The notes beneath the pieces are model-generated. The model made no database searches. It worked only from the letters and a program-made list of their open reading frames with translations, and was not told where the DNA came from. The position numbers were made by a program, and so were the translations under genes. From a virus (taxonomy: Duplodnaviria; Caudoviricetes): a stretch of 50,890 nt of DNA. Shown piece after piece: positions 19,105 through 27,554 of the stretch. The stretch's first letter is position 1. Every line of letters begins with the position of its first letter. The DNA is taken from positions 1-50,890 of IMG/VR virus record IMGVR_UViG_3300037584_001746. The stretch is one strand, 5' to 3'.

Positions 19105-19133
19105 GGTCGCCTCCGTAAATAGAGACTGAGGGC

Positions 19134-19427
19134 TTATGCCCCCAGCCTTTCAAAACCAATAGGTTTAACAACAAAACATTGACCAATATCTGTGCGAATA
19201 ACATCGCCAACAGAAACGCTGTGCATTTTTTGGTGTCTGGTGATTTGTGATTCTAGTCCGATATTGCTAATCTCAAAAACCTCATCAAGGTTTGATGCCT
19301 CAATATCTGCAACAACTTCGTAATTTGCAAGAAAGTGAATTGGGCATAAATCGCCCATTATTCTGGCGTCAAGATTTTCTTTAGCCAATTTATCGCCTTT
19401 GGTATTTTGAAGGATTTGATATTTCAT
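19134..19427 (-). CDS. YodL-like protein
   Basis: LDEVFEISN...HSVSVGDVI...IGF; CCACGGAG RBS before ATG 19427. Confidence 0.7.
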   Translation of the reverse strand: MKYQILQNTKGDKLAKENLDARIMGDLCPIHFLANYEVVADIEASNLDEVFEISNIGLESQITRHQKMHSVSVGDVIRTDIGQCFVVKPIGFERLGA

Positions 19428-19461
19428 TTTTTTCTCCGTGGTTTGGTCTTTCAATATAGTT

Positions 19462-19490
19462 AGACTACTCTTTCTGTTTTCATATGTCAA
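19462..19490 (-). promoter_or_regulatory. Sigma70-like leftward promoter P1
   Basis: TTGACA-17-TAGTCT; spacer begins TATGAAAACA as in P3/P4. Confidence 0.75.
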
Positions 19491-19515
19491 CAATATTAGT
19501 TAAAAAATGTTAAAT

Positions 19516-19541
19516 AAAAAAAGAGAGCCGAAGCCCTCTTT
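19516..19541 (-). terminator. Intrinsic terminator
   Basis: Minus strand AAGAGGGC-TTCG-GCTCTCTT plus T-run. Confidence 0.8.
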
Positions 19542-19543
19542 CT

Positions 19544-19837
19544 CTATTGTCTTGCCAAATGATGCAGTATTGAAAGGTTGTTGTTAGAGCCAAAGTCATC
19601 AAGAACGCTATGACCTCTGCCAGCTAAACACCTTGCCACAGCCTTATGATTTGCGGGGAATATTGCATAGTCAATTTGCTTTGCTAATTCACGACATTCC
19701 ATCAAATCTCTTTGGAATAATTGCGCTTCATCTTGGGATGCCCTCAAGTCAACGACAGGGCTGTAACTACAAGAGGTTAAAAACCCAAGACAGAAAGAAG
19801 CAAACCAGAGAATTGTTAGAAATCGAAAAATATTCAT
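19544..19837 (-). CDS. Putative lipoprotein
   Basis: Signal peptide with LTSC lipobox; DLMEC...CLAGRGH. Confidence 0.7.
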   Translation of the reverse strand: MNIFRFLTILWFASFCLGFLTSCSYSPVVDLRASQDEAQLFQRDLMECRELAKQIDYAIFPANHKAVARCLAGRGHSVLDDFGSNNNLSILHHLARQ

Positions 19838-20058
19838 TGTCTTGCCCTCTCCATCTTATCAATGAATGTCTTGGCTTGCTCCATGGTCATCCATCTATAG
19901 GGCGTATGTTCTCCGCATATCATTACATCAAGTGGATCAACCCTATTTATGAAGCGGTGGGTTGCCTTGCGAATTCCTTCTTCATCCTCATGTTCAATCT
20001 CTGGCTTGTATATATAGCCTTTATGTGAATATTCGGGTGCATTATGCCAATTAATCAT
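19834..20058 (-). CDS. Hypothetical protein
   Basis: 74 aa; ACGGAG RBS; overlaps neighbours. Confidence 0.7.
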   Translation of the reverse strand: MINWHNAPEYSHKGYIYKPEIEHEDEEGIRKATHRFINRVDPLDVMICGEHTPYRWMTMEQAKTFIDKMERARQ

Positions 20059-20263
20059 TTTGGTCTCCGTTGGTTTTTATCTTTGGAGTGAATTGAGCGG
20101 ACATTGCCAATATTAATTTTTCAATCCGTGGGTTTATTATTCGCCTACCATTTTCAAAATTAGAAATCGTAGACCTATCCTCATACCCGAGAAGTAAAGC
20201 CAGATCGTTCTGGCTCAGCCCCATATTAGATCGGATATTACGAAATTCGTTAGGTGTCATCAT
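20051..20263 (-). CDS. XRE-family helix-turn-helix protein
   Basis: IRSNMGLSQNDLALLLG...TISNFENGRR. Confidence 0.85.
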   Translation of the reverse strand: MMTPNEFRNIRSNMGLSQNDLALLLGYEDRSTISNFENGRRIINPRIEKLILAMSAQFTPKIKTNGDQND

Positions 20264-20457
20264 TAGGTTATACCTTCCTCGTCATAAATTTTTTGACGAT
20301 CATAAATTATATTTTCAACCAGTCCGATAAATTTACTGAGGGTAACGGTTTCGTCCCAAGATAAACCCATGAGTTGTGTTTGCACGTTTTCTGGCTCTGG
20401 ATTCATCACAATATTTGAAACAGCATTTTGTAGTTTTTCGGTTGTCCATTTGGTCAT
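20263..20457 (-). CDS. Hypothetical protein
   Basis: 64 aa; ACGGAGGC RBS; first gene after P2. Confidence 0.7.
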   Translation of the reverse strand: MTKWTTEKLQNAVSNIVMNPEPENVQTQLMGLSWDETVTLSKFIGLVENIIYDRQKIYDEEGIT

Positions 20458-20487
20458 TTTAGGCCTCCGTTAGTTTCTATAGAAAAC

Positions 20488-20516
20488 AAACTATACACAA
20501 TGTTTTCTAATGTCAA
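20488..20516 (-). promoter_or_regulatory. Sigma70-like leftward promoter P2
   Basis: TTGACA-17-TAGTTT; spacer TTAGAAAACATT similar to P1/P3/P4. Confidence 0.7.
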
Positions 20517-20582
20517 CATATGGAGCAAAAAAATAATTCTAAAAATGACCTCTCCGATGAGAGGCCAAGTTAAGGGAGGAAA

Positions 20583-20816
20583 TCACAGTGTATCAGATTC
20601 GATCATGTTAGATAATCGTTTTGTTTCTTGTACGGCTTCCTCTTTCATTGTTTCTATGTGGTCATCTAAATCTTGGATATCCCAAACAATGCGCCTTTCG
20701 CTTATTCTAATGGGTTGTGGCAATTTATTTTGAGATACAAGTTTTGTAAATAAAGATGTTCCCATGCCTAGATACTCTGAGGCGGCTGTTTTGGTGATCA
20801 ATCGCTTTGCGTACAT
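20583..20816 (-). CDS. AlpA/excisionase-like HTH protein
   Basis: ASEYLGM...LPQPIRISERRIVW. Confidence 0.8.
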   Translation of the reverse strand: MYAKRLITKTAASEYLGMGTSLFTKLVSQNKLPQPIRISERRIVWDIQDLDDHIETMKEEAVQETKRLSNMIESDTL

Positions 20817-20830
20817 AATTTTTACCTCCG

Positions 20831-21154
20831 TTAAATTTTAATCGCTCTATGGTTCGCAGAAAAACTGCGCCAAGCCTCAATTTTGGCCTCTGCCGCGACC
20901 CTTAAAAATCTATTGTGTTCGTCTCGTTCAACGGCAATTTTTATTGCCTCAAGATGTTCAAGATATCGCGGATCAGAATAAGCCTCACGTTCTTGTGCGC
21001 CTATAGATAGGCCAGCGTGCTCCTTCATTATCATAGACTTCAGTGATTTTCTAAATTCGTCTAAATAAATTCTATTGGCTTTTGACTGCGCGGCATCTCT
21101 GGCACTGTCTCTTAGAAAATCAATCGCTTTTTCAACATCATTATCTGTGATCAT
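20831..21154 (-). CDS. Conserved phage coiled-coil protein
   Basis: AQEREAYSDPRY...IEAWRS..AN.R. Confidence 0.7.
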   Translation of the reverse strand: MITDNDVEKAIDFLRDSARDAAQSKANRIYLDEFRKSLKSMIMKEHAGLSIGAQEREAYSDPRYLEHLEAIKIAVERDEHNRFLRVAAEAKIEAWRSFSANHRAIKI

Positions 21155-21520
21155 TCATTCCTCCTCATCGTCATTATGAGGGCTTTGTTTCCAATATCTT
21201 TGGGCGGTTACCTTTCCGTAATCTGCAAATCCCATTGTTTCTTCAAAAAAAGCAAATTCATTGCCTCGCTTATGAAGCATTATGTGGTGTCGCTGACATA
21301 ACGGAATGAGGTTGCGGTCTGTTGCCTTTAGCCCCATCCCTCTTACACCGTCCCAAGGTTTCATAAGGTGATGCGCTTGCACCGACCCAAGACAGTCTCC
21401 AGAGGCCTGTAAACAGCATGGAAACGTGTGTATATAATCCATGTGTTTTTTATTTACGTAACGCTTTGGCTTAATGCGAGATTTTAACCTCATGCGTCCG
21501 AGTTTTTTTGTGTTTTTCAT
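21155..21520 (-). CDS. DUF968/Ref-like HNH-type nuclease
   Basis: PCC...AHH...GMGLKA.D..LIPLCQRHH..LH. Confidence 0.8.
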   Translation of the reverse strand: MKNTKKLGRMRLKSRIKPKRYVNKKHMDYIHTFPCCLQASGDCLGSVQAHHLMKPWDGVRGMGLKATDRNLIPLCQRHHIMLHKRGNEFAFFEETMGFADYGKVTAQRYWKQSPHNDDEEE

Positions 21521-21522
21521 AA

Positions 21523-21927
21523 TTAAAACGGAATATCATCATCTAGGTCATCAACCTTCTTTTCTATCTGCTTCGTTTCGGGCTTATCTTCTTTTGGCTT
21601 GGCTGGGGCAACACTGACTCTGGTATATGGATTATTGTTTTTGTCCAGCCTCTTGTAACACCACATCATCAGCCTTTCTAAACCAACCATGATTTCGCCA
21701 GAAAGATTATAGCCATGCTTTTCTGTGATTTCTTTATTTACATAAAGACCGCCAGCTTTAACCCACCCCTCAAATATTTCTATTGAATTACCATCTTTGT
21801 CTTTAGATTGAGTTTTGGTAATCAACATTTCGTTTTTGAAACCTTCAATGTCAACATCTCCTTTTCTTACCACTTCGGTATTGGCGGCAGAAAAAAGATT
21901 GCCAGAATTTTCGTATTTGTTACTCAT
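21523..21927 (-). CDS. Putative single-stranded DNA-binding protein
   Basis: NSGNLF start; acidic tail DDLDDDIPF; recombination context. Confidence 0.7.
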   Translation of the reverse strand: MSNKYENSGNLFSAANTEVVRKGDVDIEGFKNEMLITKTQSKDKDGNSIEIFEGWVKAGGLYVNKEITEKHGYNLSGEIMVGLERLMMWCYKRLDKNNNPYTRVSVAPAKPKEDKPETKQIEKKVDDLDDDIPF

Positions 21928-22181
21928 ATGAGATTCTCCTGTCGTGGATCGTGGGTCAGGGGCTTCCATGTAATATCTACAAGCTGATATGAACCCCCAA
22001 ACTTAGATTGGTGATTTTGACCAGTGGGTTTTAATGCTTTCAATTCATCAACTGAAAGCTCCATGATTTGTTCTTTATGAAATAAACGCAAACCGCCTTT
22101 CTTAATTGCGGCTTGCACTTCATAATCACGCACCGAAACAAATCGCCCCTTCCAAAGTTTATTGACTTGCTTGGTTTTCAT
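21924..22181 (-). CDS. Hypothetical protein
   Basis: 85 aa, coupled to neighbours. Confidence 0.7.
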   Translation of the reverse strand: MKTKQVNKLWKGRFVSVRDYEVQAAIKKGGLRLFHKEQIMELSVDELKALKPTGQNHQSKFGGSYQLVDITWKPLTHDPRQENLI

Positions 22182-22647
22182 TTGTGATTTCCCTTGTCGT
22201 TATTTCTGGCTCTTTATAAGAACCTTCGTACATCTGCTTGCCTAAACCAAAAAGTGAAAGGCATTTAACCATACACCGCATTTTAGAATCACTGATATCT
22301 CTGGCATCGGGATTGGTTACTGCATCATGTTTGTAATTCGTTACCGCAAGCCACATATTTCTGCTAACGCCATTTATTGTTATTGTGCAATGAACGCTAC
22401 AACATTCATTAGGGTAATACATAACATCGTAGACTTTCCCACCACGATCGAATCGCTCAAATTCAATCTCGTAATCAGGGTAATGCTCTGCCAAAATTCT
22501 CAAGGCTACAGACCATTTCAGATAGAATAATTTTGTTACTTCTCCAGTTTGCCTATTTTTGGCTTCATTGAAAGAAACATCATTTGGATCAAATTCTATA
22601 TTAGAGAATGTTTCCCAAATTTGTTTATAAATTAATTGTTTAGTCAT
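22159..22647 (-). CDS. Single-strand annealing recombinase (Sak3/DUF1071-like)
   Basis: YLKWS.A...MWLAVTNYKH...DISDSKMRCMVKCLSLFGLG. Confidence 0.8.
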   Translation of the reverse strand: MTKQLIYKQIWETFSNIEFDPNDVSFNEAKNRQTGEVTKLFYLKWSVALRILAEHYPDYEIEFERFDRGGKVYDVMYYPNECCSVHCTITINGVSRNMWLAVTNYKHDAVTNPDARDISDSKMRCMVKCLSLFGLGKQMYEGSYKEPEITTREITNENQASQ

Positions 22648-23404
22648 TGGTCGCCTCCATGCTCCAAAGGGTTTTTGCGATTTCTCGCTCGTTATCTGAC
22701 CATTTCCAATGGTCAAGATCGGGATATACAAGCTGACAACATTCAATGATATCGTTGCTGTAAGATAAAATTCTTTCTAAGGCTTTAGCCGCAATGGTGA
22801 ATTGATGTATGTGATAATTGACATTTTGTATTTCAAAACTGGTAACGCCTTTTTTAGATATGTAATCAATTACTGGCACTCTTTTTAATGCGTGTCCGTA
22901 AATTGATCCTTGTCTTGCGTGAGCGAATGATAATTTGCTAACAGCATTGCCTGTTTTCATATCACGAACCTTTTCACCCAATCTTAAATCGTAATAACCA
23001 ATTATTGGTACAGGTATGTCTGGCAACATAACCGTTACTTTGCCTTGTGCGGATTCGTATGGCTCTGATAATTCGGTATAATATTCTTTTGCAGATTTTA
23101 TGAACGCCTCAAGGTCGCCTCGTTCTTTTTTTAGCTTGGCTTCTGGCTGTTCATTTTTTGATTGTTTTGATTCGAGGTCAAATAAGCGTTGCGCTTCTGA
23201 TGTTAAATCGTCAAGTTTAAGGTCAGGGTTTTGCATCCATCTGGTTATGGTTTTATCAACCGCTGTTCCGCGCCATGCAGATGCGCCAACACCGCCATCT
23301 AATTTCCCAGCAATCTTCATTAAGCATCTGGCGGGTTGTTCTATGAACAGATTAATGGTGCTTGCAGATAAGTGCATAACATCATGGTTTTCAAAATGGT
23401 TCAT
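22640..23404 (-). CDS. PD-(D/E)XK exonuclease
   Basis: HLSASTIN...RGTAV...IGYYD...DMKT...Q..IY. Confidence 0.85.
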   Translation of the reverse strand: MNHFENHDVMHLSASTINLFIEQPARCLMKIAGKLDGGVGASAWRGTAVDKTITRWMQNPDLKLDDLTSEAQRLFDLESKQSKNEQPEAKLKKERGDLEAFIKSAKEYYTELSEPYESAQGKVTVMLPDIPVPIIGYYDLRLGEKVRDMKTGNAVSKLSFAHARQGSIYGHALKRVPVIDYISKKGVTSFEIQNVNYHIHQFTIAAKALERILSYSNDIIECCQLVYPDLDHWKWSDNEREIAKTLWSMEATND

Positions 23405-23476
23405 GGTCGCCTCTAAAGTTATCTAATAATCGTTATAGTAATTAAATAACCTATAAAGTAAACCCCAATTTGGGAT

Positions 23477-23505
23477 TAGACACAAAAATAAAATGCTGAT
23501 AACTT
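23477..23505 (+). promoter_or_regulatory. Putative rightward promoter for Cro-like gene
   Basis: TAGACA-17-TAACTT ending 6 nt before ATG 23512 (possibly leaderless). Confidence 0.5.
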
Positions 23506-23511
23506 AAAAAA

Positions 23512-23724
23512 ATGTTATTGAAAGATTATTTATTGAAGCAAAATATAAAGGCAAAAGATTTTGCAAACCAGATTGGTTGCTCTTATGGCGGGGTTATGAA
23601 GTGGTTGTCTGGCGATAGATTTCCAAGGCCATTACATATTCATCATATTGAAAGAGAAACAAATGGTGCGGTCACGGCAAACGATTTCCAAAAACAAATA
23701 TCGAGCGATAAAAACAGTCGTTGA
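23512..23724 (+). CDS. Cro/YdaS-like HTH regulator
   Basis: LKDYL...FANQIG...KWLSG.RFP...TNGAVTANDF. Confidence 0.85.
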   Translation: MLLKDYLLKQNIKAKDFANQIGCSYGGVMKWLSGDRFPRPLHIHHIERETNGAVTANDFQKQISSDKNSR

Positions 23725-24007
23725 TGGTATTACCTTTCATTCTAAAAAAGAAGCAGAGCGTTATAAGATATTAGCGTTGCTCGAATCGCAAGGTAAAATT
23801 GATAATCTCAGATTACAGCCACGATTTCCGTTAATGGTCAATGGTGTAAAGATTGGTCATTACGTTGGTGATTTTATGTATTCATTGAACGGTAGGGAAA
23901 TTTTAGAAGATGTTAAAAGCAAAGTAACGAGAACGCCTGTCTATAAAATTAAGAAAAAGATTCTTGAAACCTATGACCCTCCTGTGGTCATCACAGAAAT
24001 TTCTTGA
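23663..24007 (+). CDS. DUF1064-family endonuclease
   Basis: NKYRA...VDGITFHSKKEA...LQPRF...YVGDF.Y...EDVK; start uncertain. Confidence 0.85.
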   Translation: MVRSRQTISKNKYRAIKTVVDGITFHSKKEAERYKILALLESQGKIDNLRLQPRFPLMVNGVKIGHYVGDFMYSLNGREILEDVKSKVTRTPVYKIKKKILETYDPPVVITEIS

Positions 24008-24070
24008 TATAATCTGTTAGTCAAAAGACAAGTTACAGTCCATCGGGGCTACCAATAAAAAGGTAATCTG

Positions 24071-24556
24071 ATGGTTGTTGCTGAAGTGCTAACTGGAATT
24101 GCGCTTGTTCAAAAAAGTGTCGAGTTCATAAAATCAAATATATCAACAGCAAACGATATTCGTGACATTGCGAGTTCGATTGACGATCTGTTTGCTGGCG
24201 AAAAACAAACACAACAAGCTAGAAATAAAAAATCAAGTGGGTCAGGACTTGGTGACCAGTTTGGGGTTGATACAGTTGCAAAAGAGGTAATTGATGCGCG
24301 CCTTGCTCAAGAGAAATTGCAAGAGGTCGCAACGCTGGTTGATTTACGATTTGGTCATGGAACATGGAGTGGCATTGTGGCAGAAAGAGCAAAGAGAATT
24401 CAAGAGGCTAAAGAAGCCGCCGCCGCAGAACGTAGACGAATAATAAAAGAGGCTAGAGAGTTTGAAGAAAATATGAAACAGTGTGCAATCGTTGCATTTG
24501 TAATTATTGCGGCAATCGGTCTTTTTGTTGGATTATTTATGGTGATTTTAAAATGA
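24071..24556 (+). CDS. Coiled-coil protein with C-terminal membrane anchor
   Basis: 161 aa; hydrophobic C-terminus. Confidence 0.7.
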   Translation: MVVAEVLTGIALVQKSVEFIKSNISTANDIRDIASSIDDLFAGEKQTQQARNKKSSGSGLGDQFGVDTVAKEVIDARLAQEKLQEVATLVDLRFGHGTWSGIVAERAKRIQEAKEAAAAERRRIIKEAREFEENMKQCAIVAFVIIAAIGLFVGLFMVILK

Positions 24557-24891
24557 CACAGAAAAAATTACAGCGTGGCTCCCGCTATGAACAACATGAT
24601 CTTGATGGTGACGGCATTGTGACTGATGATGAAATCGCCAGAGAGGAGCGAATGATAAAATTAGAGAACGCAGACAAGATGCAAGACCAGCAACGGTTGA
24701 TCTGTTGGGTCAGCGTCATATCAAGTGCAGTCTGTATTTTATTGGTGGTTTCTCCCCTGATAGGAGACCAGAGAGTGCCTTTAGTTACATCATTGCTATC
24801 AACCTATGTCGTAGCAAACATGGGCATCGTGGCGGCTTTTATGGGGGCGACAGCCTTTACCAGAGTCAAAGAAAATGGAACGCACACCTAA
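24553..24891 (+). CDS. Two-TM membrane protein with EF-hand-like loop
   Basis: DLDGDGIVTDDE then two hydrophobic segments. Confidence 0.7.
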   Translation: MTQKKLQRGSRYEQHDLDGDGIVTDDEIAREERMIKLENADKMQDQQRLICWVSVISSAVCILLVVSPLIGDQRVPLVTSLLSTYVVANMGIVAAFMGATAFTRVKENGTHT

Positions 24892-24962
24892 AGAATGGCA
24901 GTCCTTGGTTTTTAATTTTAAGTTAAGAATTGCGGCTATCAAAGAGTTGATGGAATCAGAAT

Positions 24963-25151
24963 ATGGGGCGGTGGAAAACGAGAAAACGAAAATTGGAGAG
25001 GTGGGAAAAACCAACAACGCGAGTTCATCAAAACCATCAGTGTAAGGTTTGCGGTTCTACCCTTGCTTGTTATTCGTTTGATAATGGTAAAACTTGGTAT
25101 TGTTCAGAACATAAAGAAATCGGAGAAGCCGCAAAGCCTCCCCGATTCTAA
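24963..25151 (+). CDS. Small zinc-finger-like protein
   Basis: CKVC...WYCSEH. Confidence 0.55.
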   Translation: MGRWKTRKRKLERWEKPTTRVHQNHQCKVCGSTLACYSFDNGKTWYCSEHKEIGEAAKPPRF

Positions 25152-25156
25152 CCGCC

Positions 25157-25615
25157 TTATCTTACCACGGAGTTGGCGGTTTGTTCTTCTTCATCATCTG
25201 GCAAATATTTGCGTTGCCCGATTGGTGCAAAAATCCATTTTCCAGAATTATCTTTCGGATTTTCAGCATAACATTTATTGCAGTACCATTGACCTTCAGA
25301 ATATACAGCCAAGAACAATTCGCCTATAGTTTGAGGCGCACCACCACAGCATCTACATGGGTCGCCATGCCAAGTGTACCAATAATGGCTTCCTTGGTTT
25401 TCAGTGCCAATATGGTCTTTGAACCCATGAAGTATCATTGTTCGTGTTTTTGAAGAATGGTCTAGTTCTCGTCTGATTTGTGTGAATCTCTTGAAGTCTT
25501 TTTTTAATTCAGCATGAGTTTTGTTACAGCATAAACACCTATTCTGATGAACCTTTTTCCCATCTACAATTTTGAACCATTCACCCTTATGGTTATTAAG
25601 TGCCGTATTCATCAT
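25157..25615 (-). CDS. Cysteine-rich hypothetical protein
   Basis: CLCC, CRCC and CNKC motifs. Confidence 0.7.
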   Translation of the reverse strand: MMNTALNNHKGEWFKIVDGKKVHQNRCLCCNKTHAELKKDFKRFTQIRRELDHSSKTRTMILHGFKDHIGTENQGSHYWYTWHGDPCRCCGGAPQTIGELFLAVYSEGQWYCNKCYAENPKDNSGKWIFAPIGQRKYLPDDEEEQTANSVVR

Positions 25616-25956
25616 AAATCCCCCTCAAATCCAATGATTGAAGATTCTTCATTCATGAGTTCATATTGACTGAAGTCATGGCAGTTATCTAACATCAGTT
25701 TATCCGCATCTTGGTCATTCAAATATTCGTGTACATATTGATGATGCCAATTTTCTCCAGATTCATCAATTTGAGTGGTTACGTTGTCGTATTCGTCATA
25801 TACATTCCAAACCTTGAGGCCATCTACAATTTTGAAATCATGTTCTTGGTCTGAAACATAATCAGTCGCCCATGCTTTTAAGTGTGCCTCATCAATCGTG
25901 ACATTAATTTGGAATTTTTTGGTGTCGACCTTTTCAATGTTTACGGTAATGTCCAT
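25612..25956 (-). CDS. Acidic hypothetical protein
   Basis: 114 aa, coupled to neighbours. Confidence 0.7.
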   Translation of the reverse strand: MDITVNIEKVDTKKFQINVTIDEAHLKAWATDYVSDQEHDFKIVDGLKVWNVYDEYDNVTTQIDESGENWHHQYVHEYLNDQDADKLMLDNCHDFSQYELMNEESSIIGFEGDL

Positions 25957-26231
25957 TATACACACTCCCAAGCTTGCTCAAGCCAACGCTGTGCTGTTTC
26001 AAAGTCAGGTGCGCCAACCGCAAGTGTCGCATTGATGGCGGCTAGTTTTTCTGCTTTTTCTTGCCTTAAATCTTCTTCAAGGGTTATCTGCAAGCCCTGA
26101 ATGGCAGATGCGTAATCTTCAAAAGCCCAGCCCTCTGTATGGCGAGGTCTTACGCCATGAACATCTTTGAAGGTGTCGCTATATGCCTGTGCCATGTCTT
26201 CGGTGGTTGCGGCTCTAATAAAATCGGTCAT
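25956..26231 (-). CDS. Conserved phage hypothetical protein
   Basis: YSDTFKDVHGVRPR...GAPDFETAQRW; CCACGGAG RBS. Confidence 0.75.
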   Translation of the reverse strand: MTDFIRAATTEDMAQAYSDTFKDVHGVRPRHTEGWAFEDYASAIQGLQITLEEDLRQEKAEKLAAINATLAVGAPDFETAQRWLEQAWECV

Positions 26232-26245
26232 TTTGGTCTCCGTGG

Positions 26246-26416
26246 TTATTTGATAATTTCAATTTGTGTAGGTTTAACAATTTTGGGTTTTTTGTTAGAA
26301 ATAGAAATTACAATTTCATCATGCTTCCATTTGTTAATATCATTCTTAGGAGTTATCTTAATCACCTTGCCAATGGTGTTTCTAACCCTAACAATGTTTC
26401 CGATTTGAATATTCAT
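26246..26416 (-). CDS. Small SH3/KOW-like hypothetical protein
   Basis: IQIGNIVRV...GKVIKI; CCACGGAG RBS. Confidence 0.6.
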   Translation of the reverse strand: MNIQIGNIVRVRNTIGKVIKITPKNDINKWKHDEIVISISNKKPKIVKPTQIEIIK

Positions 26417-26451
26417 TTTAGTCTCCGTGGTTTGGTTCAATCAATATATAT

Positions 26452-26479
26452 ATATTACCATAATGTTTTCATATGTCAA
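26452..26479 (-). promoter_or_regulatory. Sigma70-like leftward promoter P3
   Basis: TTGACA-16-TAATAT with TGn extension; 29 bp identical to P4. Confidence 0.75.
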
Positions 26480-26504
26480 CAATATATGTAAAAAAATATC
26501 ATTT

Positions 26505-26822
26505 TTAATTAGAAAAAATATGCGCTTCTAGTTCTTCGTCTGTCAGGTCATCAAAATCTGGTTCTATTTCTAAACTAGGCATTGGTTTTCTTGGCCTGAG
26601 TATTCTTTTACCATTGCGTGAAAATTTGTTTTTTATTGTGGTTTTTGGTTTTTTCTTAACGTTTTTTTCTACCGCTGGGTAAATAAAGACGCTTTCCATA
26701 GTAAAAAATTTTGTTTTGCAATCTAAACATTCCCGCCTTCTGGTTTTACCATCTGGCATATCTTTGGGTGTGTAAGCAGAAACCTTATGATTTCTTGATG
26801 AACAGGTTGGGCAATGCAACAT
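26505..26822 (-). CDS. NrdR-like zinc-ribbon protein lacking ATP cone
   Basis: HCPTC...RRRECLDCKTKFFTME. Confidence 0.7.
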   Translation of the reverse strand: MLHCPTCSSRNHKVSAYTPKDMPDGKTRRRECLDCKTKFFTMESVFIYPAVEKNVKKKPKTTIKNKFSRNGKRILRPRKPMPSLEIEPDFDDLTDEELEAHIFSN

Positions 26823-26923
26823 ATTTTTATCTTAATAAGCCAAGCATCTTTCGGTCAATGGTTTACAGCAAAAGATTTGTAGATTACCTTGTGATTTAGG
26901 CGACCAACAATACGGAGGTATTT

Positions 26924-27550
26924 ATGAGTTTTGATGCGATGTCTTGGGCGGCAAAACAGTCCTGTAAAAATTCTCTTACGAAATTAGTTCTATTAATGCT
27001 CGCCAATTATTCAGACGAGAACAATTCTACATATCCAAGTTACAAACATCTTGCAAAATTATGTGAGTGTAATGAGCGTTCTATAATGAGGGCTATAAAG
27101 TCATTATATGATGATGGCCTTGTATCGGTTGAAAAAAGATTTACTGATACTGGAAAGCAGACAAGCAATAGATTTATTTTAAATATGAATAGGGGTGACA
27201 GAATCGACACTCAGAGGGTGACAAATAAGACACCCAATACTATTAGAGTTATACAAGAAGATAAAACAAAGAGGGGTGACAAATATGTTCCTGAGTTTTT
27301 AGAATGGTGGAACGCATATCCTCGTAATGATGGCTCAAAAGCCAAGGCATATGAAGTTTGGAAAAGGGTTGTAGATAAAGATATTGACGTAAGGGATTTA
27401 TTTTTAAAGACCTGTAGGTTCAAAAGAACAACCATTGGAAAAGATAAAAAATTTATACCTCATGCCACAACGTGGTTGAATCAAAAAAGATGGGAGACAG
27501 TGCAAGAGGAGCAATCTATAAGTAAAAATAAAAACCAATTAGCGGGGTGA
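26924..27550 (+). CDS. Replication initiator (N-terminal HTH)
   Basis: KLVLLMLANY...YPS...LA; FLEWWNAYP...PHATTWLNQKRW. Confidence 0.85.
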   Translation: MSFDAMSWAAKQSCKNSLTKLVLLMLANYSDENNSTYPSYKHLAKLCECNERSIMRAIKSLYDDGLVSVEKRFTDTGKQTSNRFILNMNRGDRIDTQRVTNKTPNTIRVIQEDKTKRGDKYVPEFLEWWNAYPRNDGSKAKAYEVWKRVVDKDIDVRDLFLKTCRFKRTTIGKDKKFIPHATTWLNQKRWETVQEEQSISKNKNQLAG

Positions 27551-27554
27551 CCAA

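Noticed and set aside
25164-25172. ACCACGGAG on the + strand as another sRNA target
   Set aside because: Inside the 3' end of a minus-strand gene with no convincing + strand ORF downstream
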